Origin: Bacteroidales bacterium
GTDB lineage: Bacteria; Bacteroidota; Bacteroidia; Bacteroidales; WCHB1-69
Length of the DNA: 64,000 bases
Assembly (NCBI GenBank): GCA_024686335.1
Contig: JAILCI010000040.1
Span: 73,680 to 137,679, forward strand
Reading direction: 5' to 3'
Part shown: positions 9,922 through 19,253 of the stretch, in pieces
Layout of the letters: each line of letters opens with the position of its first letter
How positions within the stretch are numbered: position 1 is the first letter of the stretch
Translations under genes and position numbers: made by a program
Notes under the pieces: generated by a model
Told to the model about the DNA's origin: nothing
What the model saw: only the letters and a program-made list of their open reading frames with translations
Database searches by the model: none

Positions 9922-10087
9922 TTTCGGAGAAAACTGCGTCCTCGCAGTTTTTTTTTAACTCTAAAATGCACAAAAACCTATGCTTTATTTCGGAGAAAAC
10001 TGCGTCCTCGCAGTTTTTTTTAACCCTAGAAGGCACAAAAACCTATGCTTTATTTCGGAGAAAACTGCGTCCTCGCAGTTTTTTTTA
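9922..10087 (+). repeat. 2.5 tandem copies of a 65-66 bp unit, each with a CGGAG-tagged hairpin
   Basis: CGGAG-AAAACTGCG-TCCT-CGCAGTTTT at 9925, 9991 and 10056, with near-identical linkers (GCACAAAAACCTATGCTTTATTT). Lies between convergent genes. Confidence 0.9.
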
Positions 10088-10090
10088 CAT

Positions 10091-10945
10091 TTAAAATGCA
10101 GAAAATCCTATTCCTAATTTAAATTGCAACCAATAGGCCCCAAGAATTCTTCCATAGGAATACCCTTCAAAAGTCCTCTTGCTAAAATCAGTAAATCCAT
10201 CATATTTCGTGGATATGCCTCTATATCCGCCAAACGTGGTACCCAAAGAGGCTCCAACAGAGAGTTTCATAAAAGAAAGAGGCCAGAAATCGTAACCATA
10301 TTCAACCCTTAAACCAAATAATTTCCCTTTGCCGGTTCGAATCTCTTCCAAAGAGTATTTTACTTCAGGATCATACTCACCTCCAGGCATATAGAAGAGA
10401 GTTTGTTGGATTATAGGCACGCTATCTGTGGCATAGTCAGGAACATCGTCCATAATATATTTGGTAAGGAACAGATCGAAGTTAAATTTAAAATAGTGAC
10501 CAATAGGAGCCTCAGTATTTCCAACATACTGTTTATAATAAAACTGTATGCCATGAGCGGTGACATGGCCAGAGAAAACACTATAATCAGAATAGACGGG
10601 AAATTGATAACCTTGCTGATATTGACCACTATATAAATCATGCTGCATTCCTTCAAACGGAGAGGTGAAAAAGGAATATCCAGCACCTACCGTGCCTTTT
10701 TTCCAGACAGCCACCTCCACGCTCGGAGTAGCAAAGAAGTTAAGGCTGAGAATTCCATGAGACTTATCTTCGCCATATTTGTTAATCAAAGCTTCCGTTA
10801 CAAGGTTGGAATGAAGATAGGCGGGCGACGTGGTACCCTCCAAGTTGAAGATCACTCTCTTGCCAAGAAGTCCATAATATTGGCCGTATCCAACAGTAGC
10901 TACGACGACCATCACGAATAATAAAACTATCTTTTTCATACTCAT
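10091..10945 (-). CDS. Secreted hypothetical protein, probable outer-membrane beta-barrel
   Basis: Signal peptide MKKIVLLF...VGYG-Q, alternating aromatic beta-strand segments, and C-terminal FKLGIGFSAF with terminal Phe. Confidence 0.6.
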   Translation of the reverse strand: MSMKKIVLLFVMVVVATVGYGQYYGLLGKRVIFNLEGTTSPAYLHSNLVTEALINKYGEDKSHGILSLNFFATPSVEVAVWKKGTVGAGYSFFTSPFEGMQHDLYSGQYQQGYQFPVYSDYSVFSGHVTAHGIQFYYKQYVGNTEAPIGHYFKFNFDLFLTKYIMDDVPDYATDSVPIIQQTLFYMPGGEYDPEVKYSLEEIRTGKGKLFGLRVEYGYDFWPLSFMKLSVGASLGTTFGGYRGISTKYDGFTDFSKRTFEGYSYGRILGAYWLQFKLGIGFSAF

Positions 10946-13032
10946 CGGGCTAAATAGGAACGCAATTGGGTGTACACAAAATTATCGAGAATAACGCGGT
11001 TACTAGCCTCATTTTTGCTTAAGCCCTTCGACATCTGAGTCTTGCCCGTAGCAACATCGGCCAATACAAACTGGGCTCGGACTTCACGAATGGGAAAACA
11101 GAAGTTAGCGATAGCCACCGGGATCATCGTCGGATTGGAGAGTGTTGCCAACAAAAAGATGTATTTGCTGTAGGTGTTATAGGTATCGAAATTATGCTCG
11201 GCTGCCACAAAACAGACGTGGTGCGAGCCAACCGAATCCGTGTAGTTCTCCAACTCAGCAGCAGTATGATAAATCATTGACATGGCACGGGCATTGGAGT
11301 AATCCGTCAACCAGCGCTGCCATTTCACTAAATCATTATACTGCTCAGTAGTAGGACGGTTCGAAGCGGGCATATTGCCAGCAACCTCCACAGCCACTTT
11401 GTATCTCTTTGCTGTACGAGTCATCAACCTAAGCAAATGCTCAGACTGACGACGCCCAGCATCGATTCGCTCAGTTTTATTCTTTTTGTAACAATGCACC
11501 TCTGGAGTGACAATCAACAGCGTGTGCGGGGTCTCGCTGCTCGGTTTGGCAATAGCCTCCAAGATCTGCTCATTAGTTGCATCGGCGACTGCCCTGTTCA
11601 TCATGCTGAAAAACAATGAGTCGCGATGAATATCTACCAGCATATAGTTGACTGTCTTAAACTTCTTATCTGGGAGCACCAAGGCAACGGAGTTGTTTTT
11701 AAGACGGTCATATTTATTCTCATATTGGACAGTGTCGACAGGTTCTTCCAAATGAATATCCTCTGCCAACATGCCCTCCGGAAAATCACAGAAGTCGTTA
11801 TACTGCATCTTCTCCTCGACGAAAATATCCTTCATCAAGTCCAAGACCACCTGTTCATAGTACTCCTCACCTGGATTCTCCCGATAAGCCTTCCATGCGT
11901 TGCGCAGAGCCAGCACCGACCACTCATTGCGGGATGGCTTGGTAAGAAAATAACTAACCTGCTGCATCTCACCCTCCACATCCCGATATGAGTTGTGGAT
12001 AGAATTGAACGAGCCTTTAAGTTTATGCTTGGCAATGCCATAAAGGGAGGCCACATAAGCCTTCTCCGGAAAGGGATTATACGGATAAACACTCTTCAAC
12101 ACATAAGCATTGTATAGAGCCTCGTCATACTGATGCCCTTGCAAGAAGAGGTCAATGCAAGCAAATCGAGCCATACGGTTAACCTCCTCAAAACGGGACT
12201 TTTCCTGGAAGAATTCAACTTTCCCTTCATCGGAATAAGCGCCGGAGAGTGCCTTGACCACCTCGCGACGTTTGTCGACATTAGGATGGGTGAAAAGGGT
12301 GTCTATAATTCCCGTCTGATCGGTGACAGGACTCACATTGTTCAGAAAAAAGTTGTCCGGAAAATGATAGAACTCTTCCTCTACTTCCGTTCTCTGAAAT
12401 GGAATCTCATCAAAGGGAAGATAGGCATATTTAAGCACATCAAAGACTCCGTCCAAAGCATCTTTGCTATATGGAGATGGCTGATAGAAGGTGTTGAGTC
12501 CAACACGGTCGGCCTCCAGCTCCTGTTCCCTCGAGTGCTGGTGATAGTTGAGGTATTTTGTCACATAATCGGCCTTCTTATCACTCTTTTCAACATCCAA
12601 AGCATGGTGAAGATAGATATGTGCGATCTCATGCGACATCACGAAAGCCAGTTCCGCCTCATTGGTCACCTGGGCCAGCATGCCGGTAGTTACAAGAATA
12701 ACACCATTGTTAAGAGCATAAGCGTTGACCTTGGGGGAGAGCAGAATATAGAAATGAATCTGATTCTGCAACTGCGGATGATCTTGTAGCAGTTTCTCCG
12801 CAATCCGATCCACATAGTCGTTCATCGGAGTGCCGTAGAGGACACGTCCGCTCTTAAGCAGGCCGACCAACATTGGGTTATAGATCTTGGCGGAGCGCGG
12901 CGTGTTCAAGGCTTCTGTCAGCACCGGCGGAAAATCGCCTTGGCACTCTGGCATGACGAAATCCTCCGTCGACTGTGCACGAAGACCTTCCAAGCAGATG
13001 AGGAATCCTATGATTAATAGCAGTCGTCTCAT
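10942..13032 (-). CDS. M48 family zinc metallopeptidase with signal peptide
   Basis: VNAYAL..G.I.VTTGML...EAELAFVMSHEIAH (HExxH), QELEADRVG, FTHP. Confidence 0.85.
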   Translation of the reverse strand: MRRLLLIIGFLICLEGLRAQSTEDFVMPECQGDFPPVLTEALNTPRSAKIYNPMLVGLLKSGRVLYGTPMNDYVDRIAEKLLQDHPQLQNQIHFYILLSPKVNAYALNNGVILVTTGMLAQVTNEAELAFVMSHEIAHIYLHHALDVEKSDKKADYVTKYLNYHQHSREQELEADRVGLNTFYQPSPYSKDALDGVFDVLKYAYLPFDEIPFQRTEVEEEFYHFPDNFFLNNVSPVTDQTGIIDTLFTHPNVDKRREVVKALSGAYSDEGKVEFFQEKSRFEEVNRMARFACIDLFLQGHQYDEALYNAYVLKSVYPYNPFPEKAYVASLYGIAKHKLKGSFNSIHNSYRDVEGEMQQVSYFLTKPSRNEWSVLALRNAWKAYRENPGEEYYEQVVLDLMKDIFVEEKMQYNDFCDFPEGMLAEDIHLEEPVDTVQYENKYDRLKNNSVALVLPDKKFKTVNYMLVDIHRDSLFFSMMNRAVADATNEQILEAIAKPSSETPHTLLIVTPEVHCYKKNKTERIDAGRRQSEHLLRLMTRTAKRYKVAVEVAGNMPASNRPTTEQYNDLVKWQRWLTDYSNARAMSMIYHTAAELENYTDSVGSHHVCFVAAEHNFDTYNTYSKYIFLLATLSNPTMIPVAIANFCFPIREVRAQFVLADVATGKTQMSKGLSKNEASNRVILDNFVYTQLRSYLAR

Positions 13033-13035
13033 GAA

Positions 13036-14556
13036 TTAGAATGCGTAGTTCACCTTTACAATTTCGCCCATTTTCTTCTTGTTGGTACCGATACCTACCA
13101 CATAGTCATCACCCATTGAAAGAGGAATAATCATACGATATTTGTCGGTCTTGCCATTCAGAATAGCCTTAGTCTCAATAGGTTGCCCCGGGACAATAGC
13201 ACAATATGCGGTTGCATGAGCCGGAGCAAATGACGGCTTGCTCAACATACCAGATTTACCTAAATAGTTCTCCATCGCATCGCAGAAGAAGAGATAAACC
13301 TTGCCGTTATGCATCAAAGGAACATAGGAGAATCCTTGGGCACGCAACGACAATGTCTTTTGCGGCACACCTGAGCCAGCCATCTGATTCTTCTTAATCA
13401 AGGCGAAATCAATGAGCTTACCTGTCTCATCAGCATAGACAACAGGAATATTTCGGGCATAGTATTTATAGGATGTCATACCTTTACTGTCCCTGATAAT
13501 CACGGTGGCTCTCATCTCACCAAGGAGCAAAAGTTTGCCATCAGGATATTCCTCGATATATTGGGCCGTTGTAGCATGCTTATCTGGAGCAGGGATACCC
13601 AACATGGCCTTTCCAGCATAATAGTCACTAGGAAACTCAGCCTTGTCGATAATAAATCCCTCATTCTGCAAGTTGAGGACACCCATAAAATAGCCGGCCT
13701 CGTTTTCTTTAAAGTTTTCACAATAGTAACCACCTACGACAAGATTTCCATTGGAAGTGAGCTTCATCTTGCCAGAGGTTACATATCCGAAATCAATACG
13801 CTCATCAACAGAACGAGTGTTATCGGATGAGATGGTTATGATGTGCAATGCCTCGTCATCGCGAGATGATCTGGTAGCATTAGTATACGAGGAGACTGCA
13901 GTGTATGCCACAGCGTCATTATCCACAACGAAATCAATGATAGAGAAGGTCTTATTGGAGAAGTCGAAATCGACATCGTTCTCCCAAAGTTTCTCACCGC
14001 CGTCACCAAAGGCCATAGCTACAGAACCTTTGAAGTCATTCTTCTTGGTGGCTGCTAAAACGCAGAAAGCCATCTTGCTGTTATCCGGTGAAACACCATG
14101 ATACAGATACAATCCATCTCTCTTCTCAGTAGTGATAGTGAAAACTGGCTCGGGATTCCATTTGGCAGGAGATTGATTTTTAGCAATGGTATTCAGAAAT
14201 AAAGTATATGTTTTGGTCTTATTCTCCCATAGGCTAAACAAAGCGTAAAGATTTTTCTCATCTTCATACATATTGATAAACTCGTATGAATTAAGATGTT
14301 GCAAGTACATCTCGGACACCTTGTTACTTTTCCGATCGATAGAAAAGATAATGTCATCTACAGGTTTGGACGCTGACCATACGGTATTGTCCGTGTAAAA
14401 AAGGTAGGTATGACCATCCGCACTCTCCAACTGTCCTGTTGTCATGTATGAAGCAAGAGGAGCCTTCACAATATTCTCCCTGAGAACCTGATAAGACTGA
14501 CCGAAAAGAGTCATGCTGGCCATAGCCAGAAAACAAACGAATAATAACTTTTTCAT
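13036..14556 (-). CDS. Secreted hypothetical protein, beta-rich (possibly propeller-like)
   Basis: 506-aa ORF with signal peptide MKKLLFV...LFG-Q. First gene of a tightly packed three-gene unit with a TATTTTTG box at 14628-14635. Confidence 0.65.
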   Translation of the reverse strand: MKKLLFVCFLAMASMTLFGQSYQVLRENIVKAPLASYMTTGQLESADGHTYLFYTDNTVWSASKPVDDIIFSIDRKSNKVSEMYLQHLNSYEFINMYEDEKNLYALFSLWENKTKTYTLFLNTIAKNQSPAKWNPEPVFTITTEKRDGLYLYHGVSPDNSKMAFCVLAATKKNDFKGSVAMAFGDGGEKLWENDVDFDFSNKTFSIIDFVVDNDAVAYTAVSSYTNATRSSRDDEALHIITISSDNTRSVDERIDFGYVTSGKMKLTSNGNLVVGGYYCENFKENEAGYFMGVLNLQNEGFIIDKAEFPSDYYAGKAMLGIPAPDKHATTAQYIEEYPDGKLLLLGEMRATVIIRDSKGMTSYKYYARNIPVVYADETGKLIDFALIKKNQMAGSGVPQKTLSLRAQGFSYVPLMHNGKVYLFFCDAMENYLGKSGMLSKPSFAPAHATAYCAIVPGQPIETKAILNGKTDKYRMIIPLSMGDDYVVGIGTNKKKMGEIVKVNYAF

Positions 14557-14785
14557 AATGATATGTTTTTATTTTAATTAATAATCAAAGATGGTATTCA
14601 ACAAGATATTTTGTATAAAAAAACATGCAAAAATAAAAAAAAAGTATCATGATGTCACACTAAACATACAAAGATCCAATCTCCCTCAATGTGACAACAT
14701 ATATTATAGATGCAGGAAAGTAAAAAGGTTGCAGAGGGGAGAAAAAAAAATTAAGGAGTGGGTAGAGATTGACCATAATCACGAT

Positions 14786-14812
14786 TAGAGACGTTCCATG
14801 GAACGTCTCTAC
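14786..14812 (-). repeat. GTAG-tagged REP-like palindrome, second stem family
   Basis: Minus strand reads GTAG-AGACGTTCC-AT-GGAACGTCT. It is a perfect 26-bp palindrome at 14786-14811. Confidence 0.8.
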
Positions 14813-14859
14813 AGGGGAACTCCCATAATCTTCAGTCTCAAGTCTATGGTCTACGGTCT

Positions 14860-16920
14860 TCACTCTCCAGTCTCCTTATTCAACTTCGCCTTTCCCCAGA
14901 AACGTAGGATGGCGATTTCAGCGAGGAAGCAGAGCAGGGCGAGAATCAGGAACCAGATCCAAAGCGGGCGACCATTCATGTTGTCGGTAGCAGCTTTGGC
15001 CATGTCTTTGGTGTCGCCGCGAACAATCTTGATGTCGGCGGGAGCCTCCTTGACCATATCCTGCAAAGCCTTTTCGTCGTAATAAGAGAGATCTGACTCT
15101 TTGCGATCCTGGTTGAAGGCCATAGCACTCTCCACGGTACCGTTGTTTACAACATCATAGAGACCACTTTCTCCCACTTGGTTATGGAAATAGAGAGCCG
15201 TCTCGTTACCGGAAGCACGCTGCTCAGGGATAAACTCGAATTGTCCTTCATGGGATTTCAAAGAAACGGACCCATCTGTGTGAGCACCTGTTAGGCCGAC
15301 TGTCTGCATGTTGTCACGACCAATTATATTGTAGAGTTTCGTCTGCATAGCACTCATGATACCGATATTGTGCAAGGGCACGAAGAAGAGTGCGTGACGG
15401 TGCGCGCTACCGAAGGCATCATCCATGCCTACAGCCGAGAGGACAACTTTACCTTTCCCGACCATGTAGGCAGTCAGAAGAGCATCGCCATTCTCCAGCG
15501 ACATAATAACCTCACTACCCTTGGTGCTGCCACCAATAGTGTAATGCTGCAACGTAATAGGCATATCGAGCTTTTCATCCTGGTTATTGAAAGCGCCTTT
15601 AAAATAAAGGCTCTCACGGTTCACAGACTTGCACTTAACCGAATTCTTGACAAGTTGACCATAGCGGCCCACACCAAGGCCTGAGAGAAATGATGACCAC
15701 GATGCATCCATCTCAGTACCAGGGAGAACCAGAAGCGTTCCCCCACCCTGCACAAACTTGCTCAGTTCATCCGCCATACCAGAAGAAATGGTAGGAACCT
15801 CACTCATCACCACTACATCAGCTTGCTTCATCTGAGTGTAATTAACTTGCGTATAAGGCATTGCCTGATAGTTGAAGACCGAGTCTTTGCCATACAGAGC
15901 CTGCACAAAACGATTGCCCTGCTTGCTCAGAATAGCTACAATATTTGTGTTGTCGGTAACGGTATAGGTTAGATAAAGATTGTCGTCAAAGACAATCGGC
16001 GCATCCTCAATAGTGATGCGGGCATACTGGATACCGGTCGCGTCGATAGTATAAACCATACGGCAATCCACGGAACCGCCCGGCTGCAAATCGACAGTCG
16101 AGATCGCTTTCTGTTTGTCGTTGATATAGAGTTTCACAGGCAACTTCTCCAATGTCTTTTCGCCATAGTTGGTAATCCGCGCATACAGAGTCACCTGATT
16201 ACCCAATTTAAAGACAGGAGAGAGGAACCAGCAACTGTCTATACTCACGTTGTTGGTACCCTCTGCCGGCATCGGAATCAGGAAGATCTGGGCAGTGGTG
16301 TCGCGGCGAAGTTCTGTAGCATCAAAATTTTGCTTTTGAAAATCAGAGATATAATAGTGAACCACATTAGTATGTTGCGACTGCGCAGCGGTATTCTTCT
16401 CAAAAGATAAAACCTCGTCAAATGAGTGGCTATTAGGCGACACCTGAATCTTATCGAGAAGTTCCAAAATTTGGTCCTTGTTGAGCACATGAGACTCTTC
16501 ACCAGAAAAGTCTTGGGTTGTCAATACAAAATCATCGGCATAGTTGAATGTATTGACGATGGATTTAGCAGCATCCACCGCATCATTAAGCATAGTACCA
16601 TTTTTACTGTCGCTCTCCATGGAATAAGAGTTATCCAAGAAGATTGTCACGAGATTGCCTTTCCCGTTCTTATGCTTTGGATTCGGAATATAAGGTTGTG
16701 CGAATGCAAAAACCAAAGCAGCAATACCAAGAACGCGCAAAGCCAGCACGATGAGATGCATAATCTGAGACTCTCGACGTGTCTTCTTCTCGATATCCTC
16801 CAACATCTTCACATTGGAAAAATGAATCGTCTTATATCTTCTAAAATTGAAGAGGTGAATCAGTATGGGGATAGCGATACCGACAAGGCCTATGAGGAGT
16901 AATGGATTGGCGAATGACAT
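14860..16920 (-). CDS. BatA N-terminal domain / vWA-domain membrane protein
   Basis: MSFANPLLLIGL..IAIPILIHLFNFRR...FSN...LALR.L...LVFAFAQPY (BatA), IFLDNSYSM MIDAS-like motif, YYISDFQ, and a C-terminal TM helix LWIWFLILALLCFLAE. Confidence 0.85.
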   Translation of the reverse strand: MSFANPLLLIGLVGIAIPILIHLFNFRRYKTIHFSNVKMLEDIEKKTRRESQIMHLIVLALRVLGIAALVFAFAQPYIPNPKHKNGKGNLVTIFLDNSYSMESDSKNGTMLNDAVDAAKSIVNTFNYADDFVLTTQDFSGEESHVLNKDQILELLDKIQVSPNSHSFDEVLSFEKNTAAQSQHTNVVHYYISDFQKQNFDATELRRDTTAQIFLIPMPAEGTNNVSIDSCWFLSPVFKLGNQVTLYARITNYGEKTLEKLPVKLYINDKQKAISTVDLQPGGSVDCRMVYTIDATGIQYARITIEDAPIVFDDNLYLTYTVTDNTNIVAILSKQGNRFVQALYGKDSVFNYQAMPYTQVNYTQMKQADVVVMSEVPTISSGMADELSKFVQGGGTLLVLPGTEMDASWSSFLSGLGVGRYGQLVKNSVKCKSVNRESLYFKGAFNNQDEKLDMPITLQHYTIGGSTKGSEVIMSLENGDALLTAYMVGKGKVVLSAVGMDDAFGSAHRHALFFVPLHNIGIMSAMQTKLYNIIGRDNMQTVGLTGAHTDGSVSLKSHEGQFEFIPEQRASGNETALYFHNQVGESGLYDVVNNGTVESAMAFNQDRKESDLSYYDEKALQDMVKEAPADIKIVRGDTKDMAKAATDNMNGRPLWIWFLILALLCFLAEIAILRFWGKAKLNKETGE

Positions 16921-16960
16921 ATATTTAAGTTATCAGTTTTCAGTTTTCAATTTAAAAATG

Positions 16961-18145
16961 TTACATATCTTCGACTTCGAGGAGGAGACCTTTGAGATAG
17001 GTGCCTTCCGGATGATAGATACTAACAGGATGGTCAGGTGCCTGTTGCATCTGGTGAACCACCCGTATATTCTTGTGTTCCAAAGCTGCCGCAGAGAAGA
17101 GGATTGTCTTGAAATCCTCCAGACTAATAGCTTGGGAACAAGAGAAAGTAAATAGCAAACCGCCGGGTTTAACAAGCTGCATGGCCTTACGGTTGATGGT
17201 GCGATAACCTTTCGCACCTTGATCTTTAACCTTCAGATGCTTGGCAAAAGCTGGTGGATCGAGCACAATAAGGTCGTAGGGTTGTTCCCGCTTCTCCAGA
17301 AAAGCGAAGACATCCTCGCAACAGGCGGTATGACGCTTTTCAAAATCAGCACCGAGCAATTGTATGTTATTGCGTGTCAAATCAATAGCACCACGAGAAA
17401 TATCCACTGAGTCCACATGGGTAGCACCTCCGCGCAAAGCATATGAAGAGAAGCCTCCAGAGTAGCAGAACATATTGAGAACGGTCTTATCCTTGGCATA
17501 CTGCTCCACCATTGCACGGCTGTCGCGCTGATCCAGGAAGAAACCCGTCTTCTGGCCACCCACGATATCGATTTTATAAGGAATCCCATTCTCTAACGAC
17601 ACAACCTCTTCTGCCAGTTCACCAAGAAGGACACCGTCAGGCTCATCAAGACCGCAGGCATTGTTAAGTGTCTGATTGCTCTTGTTATATACACATCGCA
17701 GGTTGGGGAGCAGTTCTTGCAGAATGCGAGCAAAAGTGTCGCGCAATTGGTACATGCCCAGAGAATGACACTGCACAACTGCATGGTCGCCATAGCAGTC
17801 AACGATCAATCCTGGCATGCCGTCGCCTTCACCATTGATAAGACGAAACATATTGGTACGATTGTCAGGCAGACCAAGCAAGTGACGATAATTCAATGCT
17901 CTCTGGAATTTTCCACGCCAGAAGTCGTTGTTGGGTTCCGTCTTCTCAAAGCTGAAGATACGTACCATGATAGAACTATTGGCATAGTGACCCATAGCGA
18001 GGAAGTTTCCCTTGGCATCGACAACCTCTACGATGTCGCCATCCTGGAGACCTTTATCCTTGTGGGCCACCGCCCCTGAGAACACCCAGGGGTGAAAACG
18101 CTGCAGGGAGCGTTCCTTACCGTTGCGAATACGTATCTGTTTCAT
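16961..18145 (-). CDS. rlmI: Class I SAM-dependent rRNA m5C methyltransferase RlmI
   Basis: PUA domain FHPWVFSG, GEGDGMPGLIVD, GQKTGFFLDQR, VLNMFCYSGGFS, DLIVLDPPAF, TFSCS, PDHP...EGTYLK. Confidence 0.9.
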   Translation of the reverse strand: MKQIRIRNGKERSLQRFHPWVFSGAVAHKDKGLQDGDIVEVVDAKGNFLAMGHYANSSIMVRIFSFEKTEPNNDFWRGKFQRALNYRHLLGLPDNRTNMFRLINGEGDGMPGLIVDCYGDHAVVQCHSLGMYQLRDTFARILQELLPNLRCVYNKSNQTLNNACGLDEPDGVLLGELAEEVVSLENGIPYKIDIVGGQKTGFFLDQRDSRAMVEQYAKDKTVLNMFCYSGGFSSYALRGGATHVDSVDISRGAIDLTRNNIQLLGADFEKRHTACCEDVFAFLEKREQPYDLIVLDPPAFAKHLKVKDQGAKGYRTINRKAMQLVKPGGLLFTFSCSQAISLEDFKTILFSAAALEHKNIRVVHQMQQAPDHPVSIYHPEGTYLKGLLLEVEDM

Positions 18146-18213
18146 ATTGACACTAGACTACCTATTTATTAAAGAAGTGGCAAAAATACGATTTTTTCAA
18201 TTATCGTGATTCG

Positions 18214-18334
18214 GTAGGGTCGATGCGTGCATCGACCACCTGCCACGACAAAACAATCCTATATCGAAAAAAATCATCCATCCCTGTAGGGTCGATGCGT
18301 GCATCGACCACATATATTGATGCGTGCATCGATC
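18214..18334 (+). repeat. GTAG REP copies downstream of the RAYT gene
   Basis: GTAG-GGTCGATGC-GT-GCATCGACC at 18214-18237 and 18286-18309, plus a degenerate copy at about 18318-18334. Confidence 0.9.
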
Positions 18335-18356
18335 ACCCACCACGACAATCGAATCA

Positions 18357-18983
18357 TCAGCCTGGGTGAAAACGATCATATTCCCATTTTGCAACATTAG
18401 TCTCAATATATTTGGCAATTATATGTAAAGTGCTCTCATTTCGGATAATATGATCGAAGAATCCAGATTGCCAAACGAACGGTTTATTTTGTTTACGGGC
18501 AAATTTTGTCACTGCGCTTTTCAAACCTCCAACGACTGTAGACAATCTACCTTTACGCAACGAAACATTCTGCATTTTTTCATCCACATTGTTATTTTTC
18601 CAACGTAAATGTGAATTTGATGTGGTTTCCCTTGGCGTTTCACGCAATCCCTCAGGGGAAACATTTTGAATATTTTTGATGTTTAAGGGACGAAGAGAAA
18701 AATCATCTATTTCATCAATGATGATAATACAATGGAGATGATTGGGCATAACAACCCATAAAGGAATTTCAGCATACGGATAATGTGATGAAATATTATT
18801 GAATTGTTCGTTAACATATTGGCCAATGGTTGACAGGTTCATTTGACCATTAGAAATATTCCCAAAATAGTGTTTCTGATCTTTAGTACAGATAGTTATA
18901 AAATACATCCCTCCATTATAATCATGCCATTGAGCACGAGGAGAATTATTATTAAACCGTTTTTGTAAATTTTCATTTTTCAT
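18357..18983 (-). mobile_element. REP-associated tyrosine transposase (RAYT, Y1 HUH)
   Basis: SPRAQWHDY..GMYFITICT, VVMPNHLHCII (HUH), WQSGFFDHIIRNE, KYIETN..W (catalytic Tyr). AT-rich and flanked by GTAG REPs. Confidence 0.9.
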
Positions 18984-19070
18984 CGTTACAATAATTTATT
19001 TTAAATAATTGGTGAAAATATAAAAGATTTTTAATAATAACATAATAATTTTATAAAATTTTAAGATCAA

Positions 19071-19127
19071 TGGTCGATGCACGCAGTGGTCGATGCACGC
19101 AGTGGTCGATGCACGCATCGACCCTAC
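19071..19127 (-). repeat. GTAG REP upstream of the RAYT, inverted, with two 16-bp half-copies
   Basis: (TGGTCGATGCACGCAG)x2 followed by TGGTCGATGCACGCATCGACCCTAC, the reverse complement of the REP at 18214. Confidence 0.9.
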
Positions 19128-19253
19128 AGGGGATTCTCCAGTATGACCAACTATCATCACCCATTTTTTCGGCACAATATTTGTATAATGATTTCTGCCA
19201 TAAGGCATATTTTTTTTTATTATTTTTGCACCCTTAAAATAGAAAGGTTTTTT

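Noticed and set aside
9922-10087. Possible mini-CRISPR (66-bp period, palindromic repeat)
   Set aside because: The two 'spacers' are almost identical to each other, so this is a tandem duplication.
19077-19253. N-terminal extensions in the ORF track (clpC from 19077, pepD from 7305, GNAT from 33632, tnpA from 62838, giant gene from 61522)
   Set aside because: They run through REP repeats, upstream genes or the TAnnTTTG promoter boxes. Downstream ATGs fit family starts better.
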